This document shows, piece by piece, positions 36,260 through 43,891 of a DNA stretch of 49,866 nt; the first letter of the stretch is position 1, and every line of letters begins with the position of its first letter. The stretch is taken from assembly GCA_001793015.1 (NCBI GenBank), contig MGHC01000026.1:13829-63694 (forward strand). The letters run 5' to 3'. The position numbers and the translations under genes are program-made. Source of the stretch: Candidatus Woesebacteria bacterium RIFCSPLOWO2_01_FULL_39_10. GTDB taxonomy: Bacteria; Patescibacteriota; Microgenomatia; UBA8517. Below the pieces are notes generated by a model. It was not told the origin of the DNA, searched no databases, and saw only the letters and a program-made list of their open reading frames with translations.

Positions 36260-36315
36260 CAAAATAGTTATTTTCTTAATATCTTAATATCCTAGTATCT
36301 TGATATCTTAATAAA

Positions 36316-37029
36316 ATGCCTGATGTTTTTGACGCAAAAAAAGTTGGCGACAATGTTCCTAAAACTGAACTTGATCAGGTAGCTCCACATAAGACTTCCC
36401 AGAAACATGTTCCTAAAAAAGTAATCGAAATTCCCGAAGGTGTAGATGAGCACCAATTGGAAGGTCATAATCACAATCCGTTAAGTGCATTTTGTTATTA
36501 TCCAGACAATGTTAAGTTCATTAATGAGGACCCTGAGGAAAAGATTATTCTTCTCCTGCGAAAGCACCCAATCACTAACTTAGGTTGGCTAAGTATTACC
36601 TTTTTAATGTTGATAGCCCCTCCTTTTTTGTCTGTTGCCTCTCCTTTTGAAATGCTGCCTTGGGGATTTCAAATAATTTTATCTCTAGTCTGGTACCTAA
36701 TAACAACAGCTTTTGTCTTGGAGCAATTCTTGAGTTGGTTTTTTCATGTAAACATCGTTACGGATGAACGAATCATTGAAGTTGATTTCGTGAATCTTCT
36801 TTACCGGGAAATAACTGATGCAAACCTTGATCAAATTCAGGATGTAACAGTTGAAGTTGGGGGAGCTTTAAGAACTTATTTACACTTCGGTAATGTGGTA
36901 ATTCAAACAGCAGCCCAGGTTCCAAAAATTGAATTTGAGGCTGTTCCTAATCCTGACAAAGTTGCGCGTGTACTTAGGGAACTTCGAATTGAGGAAGAAC
37001 AAGAAAAGCTAGAAGGGAGAGTTCGTTAA
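36316..37029 (+). CDS. Membrane protein with a bacterial PH (bPH_2, YdbS/YdbT-like) domain
   Basis: 237 aa. LLLRKHPITNLGWL plus two TM helices are followed by VTDERIIEVDFVNLLYREITDANLDQIQDVTVEVGGALRTYLHFGNVVIQTAA. Confidence 0.65.
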   Translation: MPDVFDAKKVGDNVPKTELDQVAPHKTSQKHVPKKVIEIPEGVDEHQLEGHNHNPLSAFCYYPDNVKFINEDPEEKIILLLRKHPITNLGWLSITFLMLIAPPFLSVASPFEMLPWGFQIILSLVWYLITTAFVLEQFLSWFFHVNIVTDERIIEVDFVNLLYREITDANLDQIQDVTVEVGGALRTYLHFGNVVIQTAAQVPKIEFEAVPNPDKVARVLRELRIEEEQEKLEGRVR

Positions 37030-37254
37030 ATGGAAATATTCGGAAGTTTGGGAACACCGCTTCTTTTTGTAGTGAAAGTCGCTATTTGGCTATTTTTGGT
37101 TCTTTATGTCCTTTTTGCGGCAGTTGTTATACGACAAGTTCGGGTGATGATAGAAACTTTACAGGTTGGTTTAGAAAAGCCTTTAAAAGGTATTGCACTA
37201 ATCCACCTTATCTTTTCTGTCACAGTTTTTGTATTATCCCTTTTTATTCTATAA
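37030..37254 (+). CDS. Small two-TM membrane protein, hypothetical
   Basis: 74 aa. Its start abuts the upstream stop, so it is probably translationally coupled. Confidence 0.45.
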   Translation: MEIFGSLGTPLLFVVKVAIWLFLVLYVLFAAVVIRQVRVMIETLQVGLEKPLKGIALIHLIFSVTVFVLSLFIL

Positions 37255-37287
37255 CTTAGGAGGTAGCCTCAAAAGGTAGTCAACGAC

Positions 37288-39213
37288 ATGTCTTTTACAA
37301 CCGTTTCGGCAAAACTTACAGGTAATCCAGATAAAGCTGGTTGGGCTCAGGCGTACGAATTTAGTCCTGAGGATGAGGTTAAACTAGTAAATCGTGGACA
37401 TTTTTTTTCAGTTATTTCAACGTCCCGTAAAGGTGAGGGAATCGATAACGTCCTTGCGGGGCGCGAGGTGTTGTCGCGCCTTCATGAAGAGTATTTTGGC
37501 TCAACAGGCGAGAAGGTGTTAGATGCGCTTCGCAGTGCAACTCAAAAGGTGATTACTGAATTTTCCTCTTGGGAGGACGTAGAAATTGCGAGTGTTGCGC
37601 TCACGAAAAACATGGTGTATTTATCTTCCGGGGGCGGAGCACAAATTGCACTTTTGCGCGATGGAGCTCTCGTACAAATAATAAAAAGTGCTAAGGGTGA
37701 AGTAGTTACTGCCTCCGGTTTTGCAAAAGATAAAGACGTTCTTATTATTGGTACAAACTCGTTTTTCCAAACTTTTTCTTCGGGAATCATCAAAGGTGCG
37801 ATTTTAGGTAAAGATCCAAACTTAGCCGTGGAAGCATTGGCTCCGACTATTCATTCGCATGACGCTTCAGGAAATATTGGTGCCTTTTTTTTACGGTTGG
37901 AAGAAGTAAAACTCGAAAGTCTACCTGATATCAACGCGGAAGAGAATAATCGTGAAGGTATAGAAAGTTATGATAGTGTAAAGAAAATTACGGATGTAGA
38001 TTATACAACCCAACCTAAACCCTATACTTCTAGACAAAATATTTTTGCGAAAGCCTTAAAAAATCTACGAGAAAAAAGTTTGTATGTGAGTAAGGCTGAA
38101 GGATTTAACACACTTACCTCGTCGCAAAAAAGGGTATCAGCGAGTGTTGGAGTACTACTGATTATTCTTTTAGGGGTGAGTATTTTTTTTGGAATAAGGC
38201 AGAAACAGGAACAGGAGAAGGAATCTTTCTATAAAGAGAAATTTACTGCCGCTTCGCATAATCTAGAAGAAGCCGAGGAATTGCATAGTTTGAATCCTTC
38301 AAGGGCCAGGGAACTTTTACTTGAGGCGCGTGAGTCTGTATTGGGTCTAACCAGCGACGGAGTTGAGCAGCAAGAACTTCAGGAGTTAAAGAAAAAAATT
38401 GAAGAACGAGAGAGAGAAATTTTAGGTGAATACAGAGAGGAAGCAAAAGTTTTTGTGGATCTGTCGCTTCTTTCAGAAGGTTTTAAGGCAGATGCAATTG
38501 CCTTATCTGGTTTAAATGCGTACGTTTTGGATAAAGAAGGAAAAAGAATTATTCGCGCAACTATAGATTCGAAGAGAAGCGAGGTAGTAACAGGGCCCCA
38601 CATAATAAGCGAAGTTTATGCTTTTGCCGTCTATTCAGATAGAGTTTTTACTCTCAATAATGAAGGAATATTTGAAGTTGATAGCGGAGGGAAAAATAGC
38701 GTAATTGAAAATGATTGGTTGGGTATGGTTTTGCCATACGTCTACGCTGGTAACTTTTATATTCTTGATCCAAACGCATCAATGATCTATCGGTATTCGG
38801 GTACGGAAGATGGTTTCGGTGGGAAAAATGAATGGCTCGCTCCAGGGACCTCTGCCGATCTATCGGAGGCAATTTCAGTAATTATAGACGGGTCCGTTTG
38901 GGTACTTACGAAAGAGAATGATGTCTTAAAGTTTACCTTAGGAAATCCTCAGCAGTTTCACTTATCAGGCATATTTCCGGAACTTACCGAAATTACTTCT
39001 TTTTACACGAATGAATCCCTTAAATACATATATTTCCTAGACAGGGATAGTAAAAGGATAGTTGTTGTTGTTAAAGACGGAGAGTACAAAGCCCAATATG
39101 TATCTGACGAAATCGGAAATTCTAGAGGACTGGTTGTTTCTGAAGAGGAGAGGAAAATAATTCTTTTAACTTCCGATAAACTTTTCTCGATTGACCTGAA
39201 ACACTTAGACTAA
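37288..39213 (+). CDS. Hypothetical single-pass membrane protein (weak PP2C-like N-terminal domain; repeat-rich C-terminal domain)
   Basis: 641 aa with a central TM helix (VGVLLIILLGVSIFFGI). The N-terminal pattern (VALTKNMVYLSSGGGAQIALLRDGALVQI ... DVLIIGTNSF) only loosely resembles PP2C/SpoIIE. An AGGAGG Shine-Dalgarno lies at about 37258-37263. Confidence 0.55.
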   Translation: MSFTTVSAKLTGNPDKAGWAQAYEFSPEDEVKLVNRGHFFSVISTSRKGEGIDNVLAGREVLSRLHEEYFGSTGEKVLDALRSATQKVITEFSSWEDVEIASVALTKNMVYLSSGGGAQIALLRDGALVQIIKSAKGEVVTASGFAKDKDVLIIGTNSFFQTFSSGIIKGAILGKDPNLAVEALAPTIHSHDASGNIGAFFLRLEEVKLESLPDINAEENNREGIESYDSVKKITDVDYTTQPKPYTSRQNIFAKALKNLREKSLYVSKAEGFNTLTSSQKRVSASVGVLLIILLGVSIFFGIRQKQEQEKESFYKEKFTAASHNLEEAEELHSLNPSRARELLLEARESVLGLTSDGVEQQELQELKKKIEEREREILGEYREEAKVFVDLSLLSEGFKADAIALSGLNAYVLDKEGKRIIRATIDSKRSEVVTGPHIISEVYAFAVYSDRVFTLNNEGIFEVDSGGKNSVIENDWLGMVLPYVYAGNFYILDPNASMIYRYSGTEDGFGGKNEWLAPGTSADLSEAISVIIDGSVWVLTKENDVLKFTLGNPQQFHLSGIFPELTEITSFYTNESLKYIYFLDRDSKRIVVVVKDGEYKAQYVSDEIGNSRGLVVSEEERKIILLTSDKLFSIDLKHLD

Positions 39214-39438
39214 ATGCTTGTTTCTGAAGGCAAACCCGGAACTGGACTTAAGATATTTTTCAAAATCAGTTGCTTTCTTTTTATTCTTAAAAGCTATATA
39301 GCAAACAAGTTTAGGAGAAGTATTTTTAGTTGCGAGAATTCTATTTTCTTTATGCGACCTTAGTCTATTTCTCAAATCTGAGGAAAAGCCTACATAAAAC
39401 TTTCCATTTTTTAGTTCAAGTAGATAGGTATAGTACAT
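39205..39438 (-). CDS. GIY-YIG nuclease family protein
   Basis: The ORF track gives 39205-39471. I prefer the ATG at 39438, giving MYYTYLLELKNGKFYVGFSSDLRNRLRSHKENR (GIY-YIG core). Confidence 0.7.
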   Translation of the reverse strand: MYYTYLLELKNGKFYVGFSSDLRNRLRSHKENRILATKNTSPKLVCYIAFKNKKKATDFEKYLKSSSGFAFRNKHLV

Positions 39439-39560
39439 TTGGTGTACCACTTCGCTAAAGCTTCGCGGCACACACTCCTAGACAAATAAATAGCGATTGA
39501 GTGTTACCGAAAGGTGGCCGTGCCACGCGAAGCTCTTTACATATAGTAAAGAGCGGAGTG

Positions 39561-39918
39561 TGGAGACGGAGGGAGTCGAACCCTCGTCCGAAAAGCCCAG
39601 TAACAAACGCCTACAAGCGTAGCTAATTTTATAATTTCCTTTGGTCCTTACCAATTAGCAGGATGAATCAAAGTAAGATTTATATTTCTTAGACTAAATC
39701 TCTAAATCAAAAGATTAAGCTGCATCTCAACAGGTTTATGCCTATCCGTATCGGTTGAGAAACGGGTACGGTAGACATTCAACTTAGCTTAAATAAGCGT
39801 AGTCGAAATCTAAATCGCGGTTATCAGCAATTATTTTTTTTGATTTCTGATTAACGAGTGTAAATCAAACTCGGCTTGCAGTTTGTAAAAGTACTTCCCG
39901 TCGAAACCGGTCGTCCCC
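39561..39918 (-). ncRNA. ssrA: tmRNA (ssrA)
   Basis: On the minus strand the 5-prime end is GGGGACGACCGGTTTCGACGGGAAG. The 3-prime end is GGACGAGGGTTCGACTCCCTCCGTCTCCA, a tRNA-like T-arm and acceptor complementary to the 5-prime GGGGACG. It sits directly downstream of smpB. The candidate tag ORF is at 39828-39784. CCA is not encoded. Confidence 0.85.
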
Positions 39919-39925
39919 ATGTTTT

Positions 39926-40363
39926 TCAATCTAAACTTTTACCTCTAAGTTCGCGTTCTATGTCACGCTTTATGTCGCGTTTTTTAATTAATTCCTTCTT
40001 CTCGAACTTTCTTTTTGTCTTGGCTAGTGCTACTTCAGCCTTAATCAGAGGTCCTCTAGTATACACTTTTGTGGGTACGAGAGTCAATTTCTTTTGCTTA
40101 ATTTTTCCTTCAATCGAGATGATTTCGTTTTTGTGCATCAAAAGCTTTCGCATTCGTGATGGATCATGGTTTAGTCCGTTCGCAATGGGCATATTTGCGT
40201 TAATTAGGAAAAGTTCACCGTTTATGATTTTTGCAAATGCATTCGAAATATCGATATGACCTTCTTTTATAGATTTAACCTCGCTTCCGGAAAGGACCAT
40301 GCCAGCCTCGAACTTTTCTATAAGTTGATAGTTAAACTTTGCCTTCCTGTTTATAACCTGCAT
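39926..40363 (-). CDS. smpB: SsrA-binding protein SmpB
   Basis: 145 aa, with NRKAKFNYQLIEKFEAGMVLSGSEVKSIKEGHIDISNAFA. Confidence 0.9.
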   Translation of the reverse strand: MQVINRKAKFNYQLIEKFEAGMVLSGSEVKSIKEGHIDISNAFAKIINGELFLINANMPIANGLNHDPSRMRKLLMHKNEIISIEGKIKQKKLTLVPTKVYTRGPLIKAEVALAKTKRKFEKKELIKKRDIKRDIERELRGKSLD

Positions 40364-40384
40364 ATACTCTTATTGTACCCCAAA

Positions 40385-41083
40385 ATGGGAATAATTGATC
40401 TTGTTTTTCCACGAAATTGCCTTGGTTGTAAAAAAAGCGGTGTATATATTTGCGGCTCATGTATTCAAAAGCTTCCGCAACCGACACCATTGTGTCCACT
40501 TTGTGAGAAACCATCTGTTGACGGATTCACCCATTTTAAATGTAAAAAGGCACAAGGTTTGGATGGTTTATTAACTCTATGGCCGTATCAGGGTGTGATA
40601 AGGCGAGCAATTATTGCCTTAAAATATAAGTACGCTCGAGAGGTGGGAGATGAGCTTAGAAAGTATGCTGCAACCAAAATTAAAGACTACTTGCCTTTTT
40701 TACCCAAAGACGCAGTTTTTGTGCCGATCCCTCTTTATTGGTATAAAGAAAATGTAAGAGGATTTAATCAGGCGGCATTTTTTGGAAAATATATTTCTCA
40801 GAAGGTAGGGTGGGAGTTTTTGCCAGATTTATTGGTGAGAAAAAAACATACCAGACCTCAAACGGAATTGAGAAGCGAGGAGCGCCAGAAAAATATAAGG
40901 GGGGTTTTCGCACTAAGTAAACATTCTCAGTCAATTGTCAAAAGTCAAAGGTCAATTGTTCTGTTTGACGATGTCTATACAACAGGTTCAACTCTCAAAG
41001 AAGCTTGTAAAGTATTAAAAACCTACCTTCGCAGGCAGGGAAATGGCACCGGAAAAGTTTGGGGCCTGACTATTGCTCGTTAA
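40385..41083 (+). CDS. comF: ComF family phosphoribosyltransferase-like protein
   Basis: The ORF track gives 40256-41083, whose first part overlaps smpB antisense. I prefer the ATG at 40385 (MGIIDLVFPRNCLGCKK...). It has a zinc-finger-like CxxC...CxxC N-terminus and a PRT motif VLFDDVYTTGSTL. Confidence 0.8.
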   Translation: MGIIDLVFPRNCLGCKKSGVYICGSCIQKLPQPTPLCPLCEKPSVDGFTHFKCKKAQGLDGLLTLWPYQGVIRRAIIALKYKYAREVGDELRKYAATKIKDYLPFLPKDAVFVPIPLYWYKENVRGFNQAAFFGKYISQKVGWEFLPDLLVRKKHTRPQTELRSEERQKNIRGVFALSKHSQSIVKSQRSIVLFDDVYTTGSTLKEACKVLKTYLRRQGNGTGKVWGLTIAR

Positions 41084-41224
41084 ACGGTTTGGTTTACTAT
41101 GTTGTGCCGTACTTCAAGAAACTTTGAAGTTAGTCATTTTTATATTTTTCACCAATTTCGTCTCGCCGTAGCTAAGCCGAATCTCGCCTACGTCCTGCTC
41201 AGCAGGACTTCGGCGAAGCGAAGG

Positions 41225-41309
41225 CGGAGGGTGTGGGAGTCGAACCCACTCTGGACTTTCATCCAGCAAGTTTAGCAAACTTGTCTCGTGACCGTCTGAG
41301 TCACCCTCC
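41225..41309 (-). tRNA. tRNA-Ser (anticodon GCT)
   Basis: Hand fold: acceptor GGAGGGT/ACCCTCC, a 3-bp D stem, anticodon stem CAAGT/ACTTG with loop TTGCTAA, a long variable arm CTGGATGAAAGTCCAGA, and T arm GTGGG-TTCGACT-CCCAC. CCA is not encoded. Confidence 0.85.
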
Positions 41310-41349
41310 AAATTTATTGAGTTAGATTTCAATTATACCAAAGGTTCTC

Positions 41350-41925
41350 TTGGTAGAGAAGTTTGGAGTAATGTATAATGAATTTGTAATGGTGGAAGTA
41401 CAAACAAAAGAGGCTGATTCACCAGAAAATTCAACTGAAAAAAAAGAAGTACCTGAGAAGGATGTTTTTTCTTGGCGAGCACCCGAACGCCCCTTCAAAA
41501 GAAGAGATAGACAATTTTGGATCACAATTGTCGCAATAGCGTCTATATTTGGACTGATACTATTTTTGGCAGAAGGAGTTATGCCGGTAATTCTTATCAT
41601 TTCTCTAATTTTTCTTTTTTACGTTTTATCGACAGTTGAACCTGAGGAGACAATCTATACGGTCACAAATAAAGGAATTAAGATTTCTGAAAAACTTACA
41701 GATTGGCAAGTTCTTACTCGGTTTTGGTTTACGAAAAGGTTGGACAGCGATCTTTTGGTTTTTGATATGAACGTTGTTCCTGGTAGATTGGAATTGGTAG
41801 TACATTCAAAAGACAAAGATAAAATCCGGGATATTTTAACTTCCTATATGAAGGAAGAAGAAGCACAACCCTCCAACATAGATCGCACTGCAAGCTGGTT
41901 TTCTCGGTTTCTTCCGAAGGGTTAA
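41350..41925 (+). CDS. Hypothetical two-TM membrane protein
   Basis: ORF track, 191 aa from a TTG. The first ATG is at 41371 (MYNEFVM...). The TM pair is FWITIVAIASIFGLILFLAEGVMPVILIISLIFLFYVL. Confidence 0.5.
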   Translation: MVEKFGVMYNEFVMVEVQTKEADSPENSTEKKEVPEKDVFSWRAPERPFKRRDRQFWITIVAIASIFGLILFLAEGVMPVILIISLIFLFYVLSTVEPEETIYTVTNKGIKISEKLTDWQVLTRFWFTKRLDSDLLVFDMNVVPGRLELVVHSKDKDKIRDILTSYMKEEEAQPSNIDRTASWFSRFLPKG

Positions 41926-42025
41926 TTTATCATTCCACCGCAGATTTTTGGCGACATTTCTGGTAAAATAGCTGGGTAGTGTGTTCCTTTAGGTTAAGGC
42001 GGAACGCACTTTTTCTTTTAAAACC

Positions 42026-42097
42026 GCCCCTGTAGCTCAACGGATAGAGCGTCGGTTTGCGGAACCGGAAATACCAGTTCGATTCTGGTCGGGGGCA
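42026..42097 (+). tRNA. tRNA-Arg (anticodon GCG)
   Basis: Hand fold: acceptor GCCCCTG/CGGGGGC, D arm GCTC-AACGGATA-GAGC, anticodon stem TCGGT/ACCGG with loop TTGCGGA, and T arm ACCAG-TTCGATT-CTGGT. CCA is not encoded. Confidence 0.8.
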
Positions 42098-42103
42098 CTA
42101 GCG

Positions 42104-42190
42104 GGTGGGATGCTGGAGCGGTCTAACAGGCTGGTTTCGAAAACCATGCGAGGCATTAGTCTCACGGGGGTTCAAATCCCTCTCCCACCG
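42104..42190 (+). tRNA. tRNA-Ser (anticodon CGA)
   Basis: Hand fold: acceptor GGTGGGA/TCCCACC, anticodon loop TTCGAAA (stem CTGGT/ACCAT with one C-T mismatch at the top), a long variable arm, and T arm GGGGG-TTCAAAT-CCCTC. CCA is not encoded. Confidence 0.75.
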
Positions 42191-42206
42191 CTTGTTGGAA
42201 TAAAGT

Positions 42207-42656
42207 ATGTTTAATAAAAATTTAGTATTAATATCAGGAGCCTGCACTTTTCGGGAAGTAAAGGGTCAAAACCGTTGGTTTTTGATCAAACTACCTGACC
42301 TTGAGGAATGGGAAATTCCAAAGGTATTGGTAAGAAAAGGAGAGTCGTCGGTTAGGGCAGCTCTGAGAATGATGGGAGAAAAAGGCGGAATGACAACGAG
42401 AGTTTTGGAAGAAGCCGGACGAGCAGGGGGAGTTACAACAATCAATGGCAGGACATTTCCCCAAAGACATATTTATTATTTAATGGTTGCAAAATCAATG
42501 GCAGGCGAAGCAATTGGTTTTGAAAAATATAAATGGTTTGAGTATAAACAGGCGTTGAAACAGCTTTCTTCCAAAAGAGAACGATCAATGTTGAAGGCTG
42601 CAAAAGAGACTTTGGAGAAGTGGAGAAAAGAGCGTCAGAAGAAAAAGACTTCCTGA
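42207..42656 (+). CDS. Nudix-fold-like protein with a degenerate Nudix box
   Basis: 149 aa. GESSVRAALRMMGEKGG sits where the Nudix box GX5EX7REUXEEXGU is expected, but the REXXEE glutamates are not conserved. Confidence 0.45.
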   Translation: MFNKNLVLISGACTFREVKGQNRWFLIKLPDLEEWEIPKVLVRKGESSVRAALRMMGEKGGMTTRVLEEAGRAGGVTTINGRTFPQRHIYYLMVAKSMAGEAIGFEKYKWFEYKQALKQLSSKRERSMLKAAKETLEKWRKERQKKKTS

Positions 42657-42657
42657 A

Positions 42658-43173
42658 ATGAAACGGCAATTTACTGCTGGAGGAGTTGTCTACAAAAGGG
42701 AAAATTCAAAGGGCAAGGATGAACCCTTGTGGCTTATAACAAAATCTTCACCGAGTGAAATTTTCCCTACAACTTTTTGGAGGTTACCAAAAGGGTGGTT
42801 AGATGACGAAGACCAAGGTAAAAACCCTGGCCCAAAAACAACTGGTGAGAAGAAAGCAACAGAAGAAGAAATTCGAGAAGCCGCCAAACGCGAGGTAAGA
42901 GAAGAGGGGGGAGTAGAAGCAAAAATAGTTAAAAAAATACAAACAGAAAGATTTTTTATAACATACGAAGGTGATCGTATACTTAAATTTATAACTTACT
43001 TTTTAATGGAATATATTTCCGACCTTCCGGAAGGTTTTGGTTTTGAAACATCGGAAATAGCTTGGCTTCCTTATGAAGAAGCCAGGAACAAGCTAAAACA
43101 TTCAAGTGAGAAAAAAATATTGGATAAAGCTAAAAATATTTTAGATTCAGGAGTTCAGGAAAATTTGATATAA
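42658..43173 (+). CDS. Nudix hydrolase
   Basis: 171 aa, with an intact Nudix box ending EAAKREVREEGGVEA. Confidence 0.75.
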   Translation: MKRQFTAGGVVYKRENSKGKDEPLWLITKSSPSEIFPTTFWRLPKGWLDDEDQGKNPGPKTTGEKKATEEEIREAAKREVREEGGVEAKIVKKIQTERFFITYEGDRILKFITYFLMEYISDLPEGFGFETSEIAWLPYEEARNKLKHSSEKKILDKAKNILDSGVQENLI

Positions 43174-43243
43174 TTCATACTCAAACTTTCTTTAAAAGAA
43201 AGTTTGGCAAAGAAACAGAAAATGCAATTCAGAGTCCATACGA

Positions 43244-43330
43244 GGAGAGGTGCGAGAGCGGTTTAATCGGTACGATTGGAAATCGTATGTGATCGCAAGG
43301 TCACCGAGGGTTCGAATCCCTCCCTCTCCG
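43244..43330 (+). tRNA. tRNA-Ser (anticodon GGA)
   Basis: Hand fold: acceptor GGAGAGG/CCTCTCC, anticodon stem TACGA/TCGTA with loop TTGGAAA, a long variable arm, and T arm GAGGG-TTCGAAT-CCCTC. CCA is not encoded. Confidence 0.85.
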
Positions 43331-43334
43331 CCGC

Positions 43335-43423
43335 GGAGACGTGCCGGAGTGGTCGAACGGGCCGATCTTGAAAATCGGTGTAGCCTGCAAAGGTTACCAG
43401 AGGTTCGAATCCTCTCGTCTCCG
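43335..43423 (+). tRNA. tRNA-Ser (anticodon TGA)
   Basis: Hand fold: acceptor GGAGACG/CGTCTCC, anticodon stem CCGAT/ATCGG with loop CTTGAAA, a long variable arm, and T arm AGAGG-TTCGAAT-CCTCT. CCA is not encoded. Confidence 0.85.
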
Positions 43424-43435
43424 CATTTTTTGATA

Positions 43436-43465
43436 TTGACAGACGGTATGGCATACCAATATCAT
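43436..43465 (+). promoter_or_regulatory. Sigma70-like promoter TTGACA-N18-TATCAT that would give a near-leaderless transcript of the endonuclease gene
   Basis: TTGACA is at 43436-43441, TATCAT at 43460-43465, and the ATG at 43471. Confidence 0.4.
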
Positions 43466-43470
43466 AAGTT

Positions 43471-43848
43471 ATGAGGCTAACGCAAAGGAAGGGAGATGTT
43501 GCAGTATCACAGGCAATATCATCGTTTACAAAATTAGGTTATGACGTTTCTATACCCTTAACTGAATCAGCCCATTATGATTTGGTTATTGATTCAGCTG
43601 AGGGTCTCAAAAGAGTGCAGGTAAAGTATACCAGTAAAAAAGATGTCGATTTGAGACGTGTCCATTCAAATTCCTCTGGATATGTCGTTAAAAAAGCACA
43701 AGAGAACGCATACGATTGGCTATATGTTTACAAGGAATCTGGAGAAGAATATCTTTTCTTAGTATGCCTTTTTGGTAGAAGAGCCGTAAGACCGTTTGAT
43801 AAAGATCTTTTAAGAAATGTATTGAAACGTAGGGAAGAAACCGAGTGA
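43471..43848 (+). CDS. PD-(D/E)XK endonuclease of the group I intron-associated / homing-type family
   Basis: 125 aa. KGDVAVSQAISSFTKLGYDVSIPLTESAHYDLVIDSAEGLKRVQVKYTS fits the family's D...(D/E)xK arrangement (DLVID ... VQVK). Confidence 0.65.
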   Translation: MRLTQRKGDVAVSQAISSFTKLGYDVSIPLTESAHYDLVIDSAEGLKRVQVKYTSKKDVDLRRVHSNSSGYVVKKAQENAYDWLYVYKESGEEYLFLVCLFGRRAVRPFDKDLLRNVLKRREETE

Positions 43849-43878
43849 GGTTTGGTTCGAATCCCACCCTCACCGCCA
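43844..43878 (+). pseudogene. tRNA 3-prime remnant (T arm plus acceptor 3-prime strand) with an encoded CCA
   Basis: AGTGAGG-TTTGG-TTCGAAT-CCCAC-CCTCACC-G-CCA. The T loop and acceptor strand are tRNA-like, but there is no D arm or anticodon arm upstream. The upstream GTGAGG pairs with CCTCAC to form a minihelix-like hairpin. Confidence 0.5.
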
Positions 43879-43891
43879 GTTTTGAAAAAAA

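Noticed and set aside
21771-36313. A CRISPR array, considered for the short tandem words at 21771-21894 and 36273-36313.
   Set aside because: There are only 2-4 copies of 9-21 nt words, with no regular repeat-spacer periodicity. No cas genes are present in the window.
39876-40384. ORF 39876-40259 (plus) and the first 43 codons of the 40256-41083 ORF.
   Set aside because: Both are antisense to smpB, which has a clear family signature. comF has a sensible ATG at 40385, just past the smpB start.
41114-43474. ORFs 41114-41332, 41322-41600, 43250-43474 and 43263-43454.
   Set aside because: They run across the hand-folded tRNA-Ser genes, so tRNA is the better explanation for these stretches.
43424-43878. 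An intron-containing tRNA gene (group I intron carrying the PD-(D/E)XK endonuclease).
   Set aside because: No 5-prime exon is present between 43424 and the ORF: there is no acceptor strand GGTGAGG, no D arm and no anticodon stem. Only about 80 nt of non-ORF sequence is available, which is too little for a group I core.
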